NCBI RefSeq assembly: GCF_020745735.1
Contig: NC_083419.1
Span: 37,718,085-37,782,084, forward strand
DNA: 64,000 bases
Reading direction: 5' to 3'
DNA from: Hemiscyllium ocellatum
Lineage: Eukaryota
Positions 48,601 to 62,293 of the stretch are shown piece after piece. The position numbers were made by a program, and so were the translations under genes. Numbering within the stretch: position 1 is the first letter of the stretch; each line of letters starts with the position of its first letter. The notes beneath the pieces are model-generated. The model worked only from the letters and a program-made list of their open reading frames with translations. It did not search any database and was not told the DNA's origin.

Positions 48601-50850
48601 GACTGGAGGACTGTGACCAGAGGTTTTCCACAGGGATTGGTGCTGGGTTCATTTTTGTTTGTCATTTATATAAATGATTTATGTGAGAATATAGAAAGCA
48701 TTGTTACTAGGTTTGCGGATGAGACCAAGATTGTGATATAGTGGACAGTGAAGAAGATTATCCAATAGTACAAACAGATCTTGATCTTGGTCAATGAACT
48801 GGGGAGAGCCAGATGGAGTTTAATTTGGATAAATACAAGGTATTGCACTTTGGTAAAACATACAAAAGAAAGACTTATTCAATTAAAAGTAGGGTCTTGG
48901 GTAGTCTTAGAGTCTTACAGCATGGAAACAGACTTTTCAGTCCAACCAGTCCCTGCCGAACATAATCCCAACTAAGCTAGTCCAACCTGCCTGTTCCTGG
49001 CCCATATCCCTCCAAACCTTTCCTATTCATGTACTTATCCAAAGGATTGTAGAACAGAGAGACTGAGGTGTTCAGGTACATAATTCTTTGAAGTTTGCAT
49101 CTCATGTAGGTGGGGTGGTTAAGAAGGTGTTCAGCATGCTTGCCTTCATTTCTTAGACCTTTAATTATAGGATATTATGTTGAGGTTGTACAGAACATTG
49201 GTGAAGCCTGTTCTTGAGTACTGTGTCCAGTTCTGGTCCTCCGGTTATAGGAAAGATATTAAGTTAGAGAGGGTTTCAGAAGAAATTTACCAGTTGCTGG
49301 GACTGGAGGATTTGAGTTATAAGGAGAGGCTGTATAGGCTGGAACATTTTTCACTGCAGCGTGGGAGTTTGAGAGGTGACTTTATAGAGGTTTATAAAAC
49401 CCTGAAGGTTATAGCTAAGTTGAATGGCAGGTGTCTTCTCACTAAGGTGGGGGATTTCAAGACTGGGGGCAATTTCTAAGGTGAGAGGAAAAAGATTTAA
49501 ATAAGACATGAGGGGCAATTTTCTTTTACACAGAGATTGGTTCATATGTAGAATGAACTTTTAAAGGAAGCAGTGCATGTGAGCACAGTTACAATTTTAA
49601 AAGGCATTTAGGTAAGTACATGAATAAGAAATATTTGGAGGAATATGGGCCAAGTGCAGGCTGGTGGGACTAGTTTAGTTTGGGAACAAGGTCAGCATGG
49701 ACTGGTTGGACCAAAGGGTCTGTTTCCGTGTTGTATGCCTCTATAACTCTATAGAGGCATACAACATGGCTCAAAGATATGATTTGAATACTCCTGCTCC
49801 TATATCTTATGTTCATAACTGGCAGAACATAGAACATAGAACCTTACAATGCAGTACAGGCCCTATGGTCCTCGATGTTGAGCTGACCTGTGAACCAAAT
49901 CTGAAGCCCAACTCACCTACACTATTCTATTCTCATCCATATGCCTATCCAATGACCATTTAAATGCCCTTAAAGTTGGCGAATCTACTACTGTTGCAGG
50001 CAGTGCATTCCACTCCCCTCCTACTCTCTGAGTTAAAAAACTACTTCTGACATCAGTCCTAGATCGATCATCCCTCAATTTAAAGCTATGTTCCCTCATG
50101 CTAGCCATCGCCATCTGAGGAAAAAGGCTCTCATTGTCTAACCTATTTAACCCTCTGATTATCTTATACGTCTCATTTAGGTCACCTCTCAACCTTCTTC
50201 TTTCTAATGAAAACAGCCTCAAGTCCCTCAGCCTTTCCTCGTAAGACCTTCCCTCCATACCAGGCAACATCCTAGTGAATCTCCTCTGCACCCTTTCCAA
50301 AGCTTCCACATCCTTCCTATAATGCAGTGACCAAAACTGTACATAATACTCCAAATATGGCCGCACCAGAGTTTTGTACAGATCTCATGCTCAAAACTCA
50401 ATCCCTCTACCAGTAAAAGCTAACACACCGTATGTCTTCTTAACAACCTTATCAATCTGGATGGCAACTTTCAAGCTCTATATACCTGGACACTGAGATC
50501 TCTCTGCTCATCTACATTACCAAGAATCAAACCATTAGCCCGGTATTCTGTATTCATGTTACTCCTTCCAAAGTGAATCACTTCACACTTTTTTGCAATG
50601 AACTCCATTTGCCACCTCTCAGCCCAGCTCTGCAGCTTTTCTATGTCTCTTTGTAACCCCCAACATCCTTTGTCACTATCCACAACTCTACCAACCTTAG
50701 TGTCATCCGCAAATGTACAAACGTATCCTTCTATGCCCTCATCCAGGTCATTTATAAAAATGACAAGCAACAGTGGACCTAAAACAGATCCTTGCGGTAA
50801 CCCACTAATAACTGAACTCCAGGATGAATATTGCCCATCAACCACCACTA
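45655..50850. mobile_element. Cluster of CR1 fragments: + (~45655-46545, 46550-47240, 47710-48260, 48265-49755), nested - tail (~48910-49043), - (~49825-50850)
   Basis: Repeated RPHLEYC, PQGSVLGP, FADDTK and LRGDL motifs in the ORF track; TCTATG-type tails. Confidence 0.9.
47808..48101 (+). mobile_element. Full-length HE1/V-SINE
   Basis: GGGCGGCACGATGGCACAGTGGTTAGC head; ATTGT flanking duplication (47803 / 48106). Confidence 0.93.
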
Positions 50851-51539
50851 ATACAACAGTGCAAAGTTGAACCGTCATCACAAAATTGTTTCAACCCATT
50901 TACTGATCTTCAAAATATTGTTTCAATTAACTTTGTTTCAGTTAAAACGCCGGTGTGTTGTACTCATGAAAGAAAAATGACCTTTAACACTGAGTAAATA
51001 TCCCAAATAGTGAAGTAACTGCTACTTAAAAACATAAGAATTTGGAGAAGGAGTAGGCTATTGAGCCTGGACCAAACACTCACTGTAAGCCTTTCAATCA
51101 ATGAATTATCTGGTCAGTACATAGGTCTCCCCACTTCGACTGTATCTGCACTTGACAAATGACACCTAATCAAGATACTGTCAGTGCTCTGATTTACTAT
51201 TTTTGTTACTACAAATAAGGCCTGTTTGAAGTGTGTAGCACTAAAAGATTATTTATACCTTTGTAAGAGAGGGGTTTCCCCACTTCATTAGCTTTTCACA
51301 GATCGGAAATGCTTAGTAAAAGTTCTGCCCCATTATCAAGAACTGATTGATAAAGGATCTGGGTTGTTGTGATTCTGATTATTTCAAGCATTAATACAGT
51401 TTCTTATGCCTTCTGTAGGAAAGTTACTTTTCCTATAAAATTTTGTAGAACTGGCATTTTTAAGATATATAACATTGTGTATAAAAAATATTGTAGTTAT
51501 AGAAGAAATTCATGTGAAATATAACATCTCTGATAACAC

Positions 51540-51680
51540 AGAAAAGCCTAAAGAACTGCAGACGCTGCAAATCTGAAACACAAACAGAAATTGCTAAAAA
51601 AAACTCAGTGGATCTGGCATCTGACAGCACGCTATCAGACTTGCTGAGTTTTTCCAGCAATTTTGGTTTGTATTTCAGAC
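51540..51680. mobile_element. Penelope-derived short foldback element
   Basis: TCTGAAACACAAACAGAAATTGCT / AGCAATTTTGGTTTGTATTTCAGA inverted arms. Confidence 0.7.
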
Positions 51681-51725
51681 ATCACACTGTGGTGACAGTG
51701 AACTACATGAGAACCAACTTTGTAC

Positions 51726-52486
51726 CTTTTTTGATTCATTGGTGCAATCTGATTCCACTCATTTTTGCAAGGATTGTAGCAATGTGCAGCCGAGATCTCT
51801 TGACTAGTCATTCTGTATCCGCCAATGATGAAAAGGTAATTGTTCAGGACTACAGAACCATAGCCTCTCACATTCACCATGTCCGGAGGGAGGCTGTTTG
51901 CCAGGGGTAGCCATCTCTGTCCAACCTCATCATATCTCAGCATTGACCAGGCCTCATCAAGAGACTGATCCAAGGAGGTGCTAAAGAAATCCCCCACTGC
52001 CACCAAGACAGCTGTGCCTTTAAGGCGCATCTCCCTGACTTGTTGACGCAAAGTGTTGGGTAGATGCCTAAATTCCTGCCTCCTCAGCATTGGGTGGTAG
52101 TGACATACCATGAACCTGAGACAGGCATTTCTCAGATCAGTGATTCCATAAATTTCAGAAAGTTTATATAACTCCACGCAGTTGTCCACCTTAACCTCAG
52201 AGAGGAGCAGTTTCAAGATGGAAGACACCTGGAGAAAAGATGCTGTTTCCACTAAATCTTCCAAGGTCTCGTTGTCAAAATGTACTTTGGAAGTATTGAT
52301 GAATTCAATGACTAACTCCAGTCCATGAGCACTCAAGCCCTGCAGCTGCACCGAGCCCTCTTCGGATTCCTTCATTCCAGAGTTATACAGGGCTTTGAAA
52401 TAATCGCTTTTCTCAATTAACTTACTCTTGCTGACATTGTACGTCTTACCATCGATTATGATAGCTATGATTTCCTCAGAGGACAT
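51726..52486 (-). CDS. KLHL42: Kelch-like protein 42, coding exon 1 (BTB, BACK, first kelch repeats)
   Basis: ATG at 52486: MSSEEII...KLIEKSDYFKALYNSGMKES...ASFLQV...LPPDMVNVRGYGS...APMNQK-AG|GTACAA donor at 51725. Total CDS 761+194+446 = 1401 nt, 466 aa. Confidence 0.97.
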
Positions 52487-52900
52487 CGTAACAGCGGATG
52501 AGGACTGAATGAATGCCCGGCTGTGCAATCGTTTCTTTCGGCGGACAGTTTCAGCTTTTATTTATATTTATTCGAATCTGCACGTGGGCCTACATCAGAC
52601 AAAGCATCCGTTTCAGTTGATTTACTAACATTGCTGTGTCCTGTGTAATTTAACAGCAGGATCTTGTTGCACACAATGCTTACAATCAATCGCTAAATGC
52701 TCACTCGGCTTCCTTGCACATTCGAATGAAGTTTCAGAGCCTGCTCGCTTGTTTCTTTAATCTCGTTTCCTTGTCATTTTTGTATCGTCACTTCTTGTTC
52801 CGTTTCCATCAGCCAATCTCCGACTGTAAAAGGCAACAACCAACACATTCTGCTCTTCTCGTATCTTACCTTTAAAAGGCAGTCAAGCCGCTCTGACTGT
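52487..52900 (-). promoter_or_regulatory. KLHL42: KLHL42 5'UTR / proximal promoter region
   Basis: CpG-retaining unique DNA immediately upstream of the ATG; CAGCCAATC (NF-Y type) at 52810-52818. Confidence 0.45.
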
Positions 52901-53454
52901 TCATGAAATATTGCACGAGTAACATGTATCATCTGCGAAGGTCTATCAACGGTGTATTCAAAACCAAAAACAGTAAGATATTATTGTTCGGATTGTTTTA
53001 CAAATCTCGTACAGCGTCCTTTTATGATGCAATGGGATTTTTAAACAGTCGACCAACTTACAAAATAAAAATCAAACTGTTTTCAAAATAAATAATTAGT
53101 TATCTAAACTTCATTTGAATTTAAAAAAACTCAGCACGTACCTAGAGACAACAGGAATTCTGAGCATCAGATTATAACTTTGCAGTATTAGGATGGAATT
53201 TATTGTCGGTCAGATTACATTGAGTACTGCATTCAGTACTGACCACCGTGTACAAAGAAAACATACCAAGTTTTTAAAAGAGTACAAAGCCAGTCCAATA
53301 GTTTAAGAGAACAGAATCAGGAAGAACATTTTTTAAAAATCAATCACAATACTTACTAATAAAGGAGGTAAGTGAGCCTTTCACCTCTCAGGACATTTTC
53401 ATAAATAATGGTAAGATTTGAAGTGTAATCACGATAATGAGGCAAATTATAGAG

Positions 53455-53625
53455 CGCAAGGTTCCACAAATAACGGTTATTTGGTGCTGACGGTTGAGGG
53501 ATAATATTTGGCTACAGAACCTTTTACATCCACTTAAACAAGCAGACAGGACCCTCGTTTAATGCCTCAGCTGAAATATGACACATCATTGCTACATCAA
53601 ATGTCAGCTGAATAGACATACTAAG
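53455..53625 (-). mobile_element. DeuSINE-like (SacSINE1/AmnSINE1-type) remnant
   Basis: CTTTTACATCCACTTAAACAAGCAGACAGGACCCTCGTTTAATGCCTCAGCTGAAA resembles the recalled Deu-domain complement. Confidence 0.55.
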
Positions 53626-53799
53626 TGGTGGAGTTGATAAAAAGAATATTTATACAGGTCTGCAGACAACAGAGGTTCTTAAAAACGCATGAAGGATACA
53701 AAAGCAAAATATTGCAGATATTGGAATTACTAAATAAAAACAGGCAATGCCGGAGTGAGAAACAGTCAAATTTCAGTTCGATTACCTTTTATCTCTGTA

Positions 53800-54900
53800 C
53801 ATTAAACGGAACAGGAACGTGTCTTCCATTTAATAAGATCATAGCTGACCCTCAACTACAAGTCCTCTTTGCCAGTTCCTACTTCCTTTTAGATCTCTAG
53901 TATTCAGACTACTTTGGTTTTATTCCTATATAACTTGATTATCTTAGAATACAAAGACCTATTAATCTGATGAATGAACATCCACTGCTGTCTGGTTCAG
54001 AGAATTTTAAATATCCTTTGCAGTGACATTCTTTTTATCTCATGGTTCTGGAATTTCCAGCTTGGTAAAGCAACTTATTAACATGTGTCTACCTTGTCAA
54101 GACCTCTCCACAATCATATAAGAATAATATCACCTCAATCTTCTAAACGCCCAAGAGTGTAGACACACTCTACTCAATAGCTCCTCCTAGGACAGTCCTC
54201 CCAGTCAGATAACAAGCCAGTGAACCTTTGCTGCAAGCCTTCTCAAGCAAGTATATTCCTCCAAAGGTGTGGAATGACCAGTTATTCCCAACAATATGCA
54301 ATGCATCTCAAAAAAGCTCTGTGTAATTCAATCAAGATTTTCTTAAACAAAATATGCAATGCCTTTGTGATAAAGTTTAACTTCTCAGCTGGTTCCTTGC
54401 AACTGCACATAAACTTTCTATTTTTCTTGGACATAGAAAACAAATCTCTTTGAACATCAACATTTAAAAGTTTTTTTCACATTTAAAAAAAAAGATTGTA
54501 TTTTTCATACCAAAATGAATAAACTCACATTTGTAATCATTATAATCCATCTTTTACCTTTCTGCCCATTCATCTAACCTATTAATATTCCTTTGCACAT
54601 TCATATGGCAGCCTCATAGCTTGCTTTCTCATATAGTGCAGTATCATTAGCAATTCTGATACATTAGATTTGGTCCTTTCATGCAAGTCATTGTTTTATA
54701 TATAGCAATAATTGAGTCCTACACTGATCCTTGTGGCACTCCACTAGTTAAAGATGGCCAACTCCAAAATGATCTACTTCTTCCTATTCTTTGTTTTCTG
54801 TCATTTAAGTTCATTCTATTCTATTTTGCTCTCCCTAATAAGCCTTTATCTTGTGCAATAATCTTGCATGTGCATCAATAAAAGCTTTTTGAAAATTCAA
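53800..54900 (-). mobile_element. Old CR1 fragment
   Basis: ACTGATCCTTGTGGCACTCCACTAGT is the reverse complement of the PQGSV motif. Confidence 0.7.
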
Positions 54901-55189
54901 AGACACCATTTGATTTCCTATTCTATTCTGTTACTGGTAGAGGCCAAAAACATAGCTTCAGTCTTTCCGATATTAAATCAAAAGAAATTACATTGTTAGA
55001 AAGGTAAAATATTTAACTTTTTTTTGTTATAGGCACGACTGATCTCTTAAATTGGTTATTGTACATGAAACATCTACCATCTTAAAATGAACTTTCATGT
55101 AATTTCATGGCTTTTTCAAATTTTGTTGCATTTGGTGTGCTGTATTCAAATTCAAAGAACAAATTCAAGGTAACATGATGCATTATTTA

Positions 55190-56165
55190 AGAAAGGTAAT
55201 AAGGAAAAGCCAGAGCACTATAGACTGGTGAGCCTGACATCAGTGGTGGGCAAGTCATTGGAGGGGTTTCTCAGGGACAGAATTTACATGTATTTGGAAA
55301 GGCAAGGCCTGGTTAGAGATAGTCAACATGGCTTTGTGGTTGGGAAACCATGTCTCACTAACTTGAATTTTTTTTTTAACAAGTGACAAAGAGGATGAAA
55401 TCAGAATGGTGAACTTGCCTATATGGACTTCAGTAAGAGTATTCAACAAGGTTCCGCAAGGTAGACTAGTTAACAAGGTTCGATCACACGGGATACAGGG
55501 AGAATCTAGTCAGTTGGATACAAAATAGGCTTAAAGGTAGGAGAGAGAGGGTGATAGTGTGGTGTTGCTTTTCGGACTGGAGGCCTGTGACCTGTGGTAT
55601 GCCACGGGAGTCAGTGCTGGGTCCACTGCTTTTGTTATTTATATCAATGATTTGGATGTGTACATAGGAGGTATGGTTAGTAAATTTGCAGATGACACCA
55701 AAATTAGTGCTGTAATGGACAGCAAAGAAGGTTACCTCAGAGTACAACAGAACCTCGATCAGATGGGCTAAACAGCCGAGGAGTTGCAGATGGAGTTTCA
55801 TGTAGATAAATGAGAGGTGCTGCATTTTGGTAAGGCAAATCAGGGCAGGTCTTGTACACTTAATGGTAAGGTCCTGAGGAGTGTTGCTGAACAAAAAGAC
55901 CTTGAAGTGCAGGTTCATAGTTCCTTAAAGTGGAGTTGCAGATAGACAGGGTGGTGAAGAAGGCATTTGTTACACTTGCCTTTATTGGTCAATGCATTGA
56001 GTATAGGAGTTGGGAGGTCATGTTGTAGCTATACAGGACATTGGTTAGGCCATTTTTTGGAATATTACATTCAATTCTAGTCTCCTAGGAAGGGTGCCAT
56101 TAATTTGAAAGGTTTCAGAAAAGATTTACAAGGATGTTGTCAGTGTTGGAAGGTTTGAGCTATCT
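55190..56165 (+). mobile_element. CR1 (HER1-like) ORF2 fragment
   Basis: YINDLD...SKFADDTKI; similar to 2010-2990. Confidence 0.92.
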
Positions 56166-57824
56166 AATTAAGGCCTTTTTTGAAGAGCTCAGAATTGGAT
56201 GATAATACCCTTATAGATCACAACCACAAAAGAAAGCTATCCGGTCCATTATGGCGTGTGTCAACTATTTGAAAGGTTGTGTCAACTATGTGAAAGATTT
56301 ATCAAGTTAATCATGATCCCCCTTTGCCCCATGCCTGGGAATGTTTTCACAAATGTTCCTTCTTCTGCCACCATTCCATCTGGCAATACATTCCAGGTCA
56401 GATTTAAGAGAATCTTTTAGGGGATAAGGCTAAACTTTTTTTTGCCAAAACTGAGAATGCTCTTCTCAGAGAAGAGAAGGTTGGGACAAAATATGACAGT
56501 GATGTTCAAAATTATGAGGGCTGCTGTCACAACTGGTAGAGGGAAACTGTTCTCAATGGCAAAAAGGTTGAGAACCAGCTGGAATTGATATAAGAGAACT
56601 AGTGGGATCCTAAGGAAATAAATTATTTATTTAGCAAAATGGTGAGGTCTGTAAAGCACGTGCAAATATGGTGGAGACAGATTCAATCATGGCTTTCCAA
56701 AAGGAATTGAAGAAGCACCCAAAGAGAAAATGCATTTCTGGTCCATGACAACATTAAAGATTCTCTTCATCTCCTTTCAAGATAGTTTAATTTCCAATTG
56801 TTCATCTGATAAAGTAAATCTGATAAAGTGTTAAATAAGTAGGCATCCATTGGGATTAAGAGTCAAATTTCATGTTGTAACTAGGTTACTTTAACAAAAT
56901 GTGAAAACCCCAGGAAATTCCTATCTCAGCTTTTCTTGTTAATTAACGAGAGCTAATTTAAATCCTATGACTGAATAATTAGAAATTAGATGTGAGAACT
57001 TTATTATGAAATGTATTTTAACCCTGATTGGGATATGCTCCAGTTAAAAGAGGCTAAGAGGTGATATTGTGTGAAGTTGCTTTCTGGATCTTTAATTACC
57101 TAATACTTTATTCACCCCGAATAGACCCAATACAGTTAAAAGGGATCAAATAACAAATTACAAACTTGAGCAGAAATTTAAATGAAGTGTTAAAGCACAA
57201 TGTAAATATGAAACCAAAAGATTACACCTTGGTAGGATTCAAACATCCAAGTGAAGAGATAGAAAAATAATAGTATCTTGAAATCATTCTAACTAGCCGA
57301 ATTTCAATTTTATTTTGCTTTGACCAGGTACGAGCATTGAAATATTGACATGCTGATCAGGTCTGAGAATGGATAAAGCTAGTAACTTCAGGAATTATGA
57401 GATACTTAACCGGCCTAAGTGAATGGATGAGTATCAGACAATATTTTGTAAGTGGGCAGCTCAAATAACAGAGCAATGATTGGTTAAGTCATTATCCACG
57501 ACCTTTGTTGGTTAACAAGAATGTAAGAAAAATCGCCTATGAACTTAAGGTTTAGAGGCATTTGGCCAAGGTTTGGAAACCATCTGTTGATGTGCCCTCA
57601 CTGAAGGACAGACAGAGGAGGGATCACACATGTACGTGCTGTGTGTAATAGTGCTGGGCCAACGATTCCACCCAGGACACAACTGCTATCCAAACATTAG
57701 CATGTCCCAAGTCCTGCTTGTACTGAATAAAATATCACCATTTGGGAAATTGCTTAGGGGTCTGAGATTCGTGACAGAATCTGATGAAGCCAATCTCGAT
57801 GTCAGGAGCAACTTCCAGTCAGAG

Positions 57825-59462
57825 AAATAGAGGTGCAGCACAGGAAAAGCCCCTTTGGTCCATCAAGTTTGTTCCTGTCAAAAAGTAACCATTCAGCTAT
57901 CCAATCCCATTTTCCAGGATTGGCCCATGGCCTTGCATAGTTGAAAAGTGTGGTGCTGGAAAAGCGCAGCAGGCCAGGCAGCATCCGAGGAGCAGGAGAA
58001 TTGTTTCGGGCATAAGCCCTTCTTATGCCCGAAACGCTGATTCTCCTGCTCCTCGAATGCTACCTGGCCTGTTGTGCTTTTCCAGCACCACACTATTCAA
58101 CTCTGGTCTCCAGCATCTGCAGTCCTCACTTTCTCCATAGCCTAGCATAACCTTGGTATCTCCAATGTTCATGTGAATACTTCTTAAATGTTATGAGGGT
58201 TTTTGCCTCTACCACTCTTACTGGAAGTGAGGTCCAGGTTCCCACTACCCTCTAGATAAAAACTATTTTTCCTTACATCCCCTCTAAACCTGCTGTCCTG
58301 TTCATTAATCCCTCCATATCAGGAAAGGTATCTTCTTATTTATCCTTTCTATGCCCTTGTTACTTTGATAGATCTCAATTATGTAACCCCTCAGTCTCCT
58401 CTGCTCCAAATAAAACAACCCTTCAGCCCAGGCAATACACTGGCAAATTTCCTCTGCACTCTCTGTTGTGCAATCACATCTCTCTTATAATGTGGATTCC
58501 GGAACTACACGCAACACACAATGTGGCGTAACCAATGTTTCATACAGATCCAACATCAAATCTCTACCCTTAAACTCTACATCTCAGCTAATAAGGACTC
58601 CAACTTTTATGCTTTAGACAAACCATAAGACATAGGAGTGGAAGTAAGGCCATTTGGCCCATCGAGTCATTCAATCATGGCATATGGGCATTTCAACGCA
58701 ACTTACCCGCACTTTCCCCGTATCCCTTAATTCCTTGCAAGATTAAGAATTTATCAATCTCTGCCTTGAAGACATTTAACATCCCGGCCTTCACTGCGCT
58801 CAGTGGCAATGAATTCCACAGGCCTACCACACTCTGGCTGAAGAAATGTCTCCTCGTTTCCATTTTAAATGGACCCCCTCTAATTCTAAGGCTGTGCCCA
58901 AAGATCCTAGTATCCCTGCCTGACGGAAACAAATTCCCAGCATACACCCTTTCTAAGCCATGCATTATCTTGTAAGTTTCTATTAGATTTCCCCTCAATC
59001 TTCTAAACTTAATGAATATAATCCCAGGATCCTCAGCAGTTCATTGTATGTTAAGCCTACCATTCCAGGGATCATCCTTGTGAATCTTTGCTGGACATGC
59101 TCCAGTGCCAGTTTGTCCTTCCTGAGGTGTGGGGCCCAAAACTGGACACAGTATTCTAAATGGGACCTAACCAGAGCTTTATAAAGTGTCAGTAGCACAT
59201 CACTGCTTTGGCATTCCAGCCCTCTTGAGATAAATGACAAAATTACATTTGCTTTCTTAACCACGGATTCGACCTTTAGAGAATCCTGGATTAGCACTCC
59301 TAGATCCCGTTGTACTTTGGTTTTATGAATTGTCTCACCATTTAGAAAATAGTCCATGCCTGTATTCTTTTTTCCGAAGTGCAAGACCTCGCATTCACTC
59401 ACATTGAATTTCATCAGCCATTTCTTGGACCACTCTCCTAAACTGTCGAAATCTTTCTGCAG
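57825..59462 (-). mobile_element. Two CR1 3' fragments (~57825-58600 and ~58622-59462)
   Basis: RSHLEYCVQFWAP, RGNLIETYKI, GLWNSLP. Confidence 0.88.
57941..58135. mobile_element. Penelope-derived foldback element with CATAG duplication
   Basis: Inverted arms; CATAG at 57936-57940 and 58136-58140; hammerhead stem II and GAAAC retained, CTGATGA missing. Confidence 0.85.
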
Positions 59463-59829
59463 CTGAAAATGTGTTGCTGGAAAAGCGCAGCAGGTCAGGC
59501 AGCATCCAAGGAACAGGGGGTGGGATAAATAGGTGGTAATCAGCAGGAGGTTCCAGCATGGATCTCATTACCTGTGTTTGACCTCATACCATGCGATTTC
59601 ATGGGCTCAACTCCATCCTAATGTTACACCATAGTGCTCTCATATCTCATAAGCCTGTCCTGAAATAAGAACATACCCAGGATTATTGATGATGGGTTAT
59701 GGGACAGTTATATGATTCATGAATATGACAAAAAAAATGAAATTGAAGGAGGCAGAGAAAATCTAAATGGCATTTGTGCAAATTAAGAAAACATAAGGTT
59801 AAATGCTAGGAAGTACTTTTACAGAGACA

Positions 59830-60176
59830 GGTGGCATGGTAGCACAATGGTTAGCACAGCTGTTTCACAGCACCGGGGTGCAGGTTATATTCCACCTTCA
59901 GGTGACTGTCTGTTTGAAGTTTGCACATTCTCCCCATGTCTGTGTAGGTTTCCTCTAGGCACACCAGCCCCAGCACAAAGATGTACAGGTTAGGTGGATT
60001 GGCCATGCTAAATTGCCCATAGTGTCCAAGGATTTGCAGGCTTGGTGGATTAGCCATGGGAAATGCGGGGTTACAGACATAACAGTAGGGATTGGGTCTG
60101 AGTAGGATGCTGTTCAGGGAGTCAATGTGGACTCACTGAGCCAAATGGCCTACTTCCACCCTGTAGGGATTCAATG
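59830..60176 (+). mobile_element. Older HE1/V-SINE
   Basis: GTAGCACAATGGTTAGCAC head, V-core, GAGACA flanking duplication. Confidence 0.88.
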
Positions 60177-62007
60177 AGACATTGATAATGGAATGGATTG
60201 CTATACATTAAATATGGATTCAGTACTAGTCTTCAAAAGGAAGTTGTATGATTTCAAATAAATGTAAAATATCTTAAGTTATGAGTAAAAAGCAATACCC
60301 CCAAATTCTGAAATAATAGAACATGCCTGAGACTAAAGTCAAGTGCTGAAGATTGGTTGATTGCCTTTCTGAGATAAGTTCAGAAAGAAATTTATTTAAA
60401 AATACTTCCTGGATTAGCCCAAGTCATTTTTTTGTTTTTGATGGCTCTTTGTTTTGGTGCTTTGAAAAGTAGGTTGCCGATGCACACAAGTTGTAACTTG
60501 GTCAACCAGTTGGCCTTTTTCACTCTGCTTCATTTGCAAACATCCTCCTCATTCATGAATCTGAATTTGACCTCCACCCAGAATAATGGGATTAGAGTCT
60601 TGTCTGTCTCTGCTGATTGTTATTATTTGAAATTAGCTTGCATCATTGACTAGTTGAGTGTGGATATTAATTTATTGAAAAGATCCCCAATTTGGCACAA
60701 AATTGTGATTGAACTTGAAAAGTAACAAAGTTTGCCGGTGGGGATACCTCAGCAGACACACTGGCAATAAAAGATACTGTGCCAAGATTAGAGTTAATTT
60801 ACAACTAGCATTAAATAACCTGGCAGCATTTGTTATTGAGAGGGGTCCTCCATGTGGATAGTGATCTTTCCCTAGGACATCTCTTTCTGAAGACGATTAA
60901 ACACCAGAAAATGACAGAAATAATGTTGAGTTCTTTGCATAAACTTTTCAATTGTCTTTTCTGAATTAAGTAAGACACAATACATTCATTCAGATACTGT
61001 GACAGTATCTGAATTCAACTCAAACAACTGAGTTTATATACCACATAATTCAGTCACGATCTGAGATACAAATAGAAAATGCTGGAAATATTCAATAGAT
61101 GTGGCTGAATCGGCAGAGGGAAGATGGTTTACTTTTGAGGTCTGAGTCCTTTCATCAATACATTCTGAAAATAACTTAGTTTAATTATAATGTGCTTCTC
61201 TATTTGCAAGATAGTAAACTGATCATAATTTATATCATACACCGAATTTAGTTGTTGTAGATTACCTGGTAAATAAAGTTTATACAAAGGGATAAAAGCA
61301 AGATTATATAATTATGCAGCCCTAAATCAAGTCAATGTAAGAGGGTGCTTTATTACCGACCCATATTTGTGTAACTCAATTAGTGATTCGGCCTTCACTT
61401 TAAAAAGACACAACCCCTTGCAATAACAAACAGAATTACCAATTCACTTTGCCTTGCTTTATATGTGGTCCTGGCATTCCTCTTGGCCACACGGAAATCC
61501 TATCACTGCCTCAATTTATGAGTTAAATGAGCTATCTCAAAAGTAGCACTGTTTGTAAAACAAGGAACTTCTGTTTATACAGTACAATACGGAATTGTCA
61601 CAAGAAACCTCGATTACGAAGATGAGAAGGTTGAGCTGGTGAAATGTTACCCTTTGCAACAACTGAAATGCACATTCGGTGTCAAAAATGTGCTGATGTC
61701 TCTATTTAGAATTAAACTACATCATGTAAAACTTAAGCTTGTCCTTGAGAACAATGTTTTCTTTCAACTTTGCCAAGTGTGGACGATTGTTTTCCTTGAT
61801 GATGAATGTTACGCTATTCCCGGTCGACTTTCTTTCTCCCAACAATGAGACCTCACAGTACTGTGAGTGTATTCATGGTTTGGGGAGTGGGGGAGATATT
61901 TCCTCGTGGGGAGTAATTAAATATTCTGTGTTTGGCATGTCTCTGATTTTTAAAAAAAACTCACTAAAATTTATCTGACTTAATATGCTTGCTTTGTCAT
62001 ACAACTT

Positions 62008-62293
62008 GGGCGGCATGGTGGCACAGTGGTTAGCACTGCTGCCTCACAGCGCCAGAGAGCCGGGTTCAATTCCTGCCTCATACTGTGTGGAGTTTGCACG
62101 TTCTCCCCGTGTCTGTGTGGGCTTGCTCCAGTTTCCTCCCACAATCTAAAGATGTGCAGGTCAGGTGAATTGGCCATGCTAAATTGCCCATAGTGTTAGG
62201 GGCAGGGGTAAATGTAGGGGAATAGGTCTGGGCGGGTGGGTGTGGACATGTTGGGCCGAAGGGCCTGTTTCCACGCTGTAGGGAATCTAATGT
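62008..62293 (+). mobile_element. HE1/V-SINE
   Basis: GGGCGGCATGGTGGCACAGTGGTTAGC head, GGTTCAATTCC B box, AATCTAA tail. Confidence 0.93.

Noticed and set aside
51635-51725. ORF-track extension of KLHL42 (YKVGSH...) and the upstream non-ATG start at 52528
   Set aside because: Intron read-through past the donor at 51725; homology begins at the Met at 52486.
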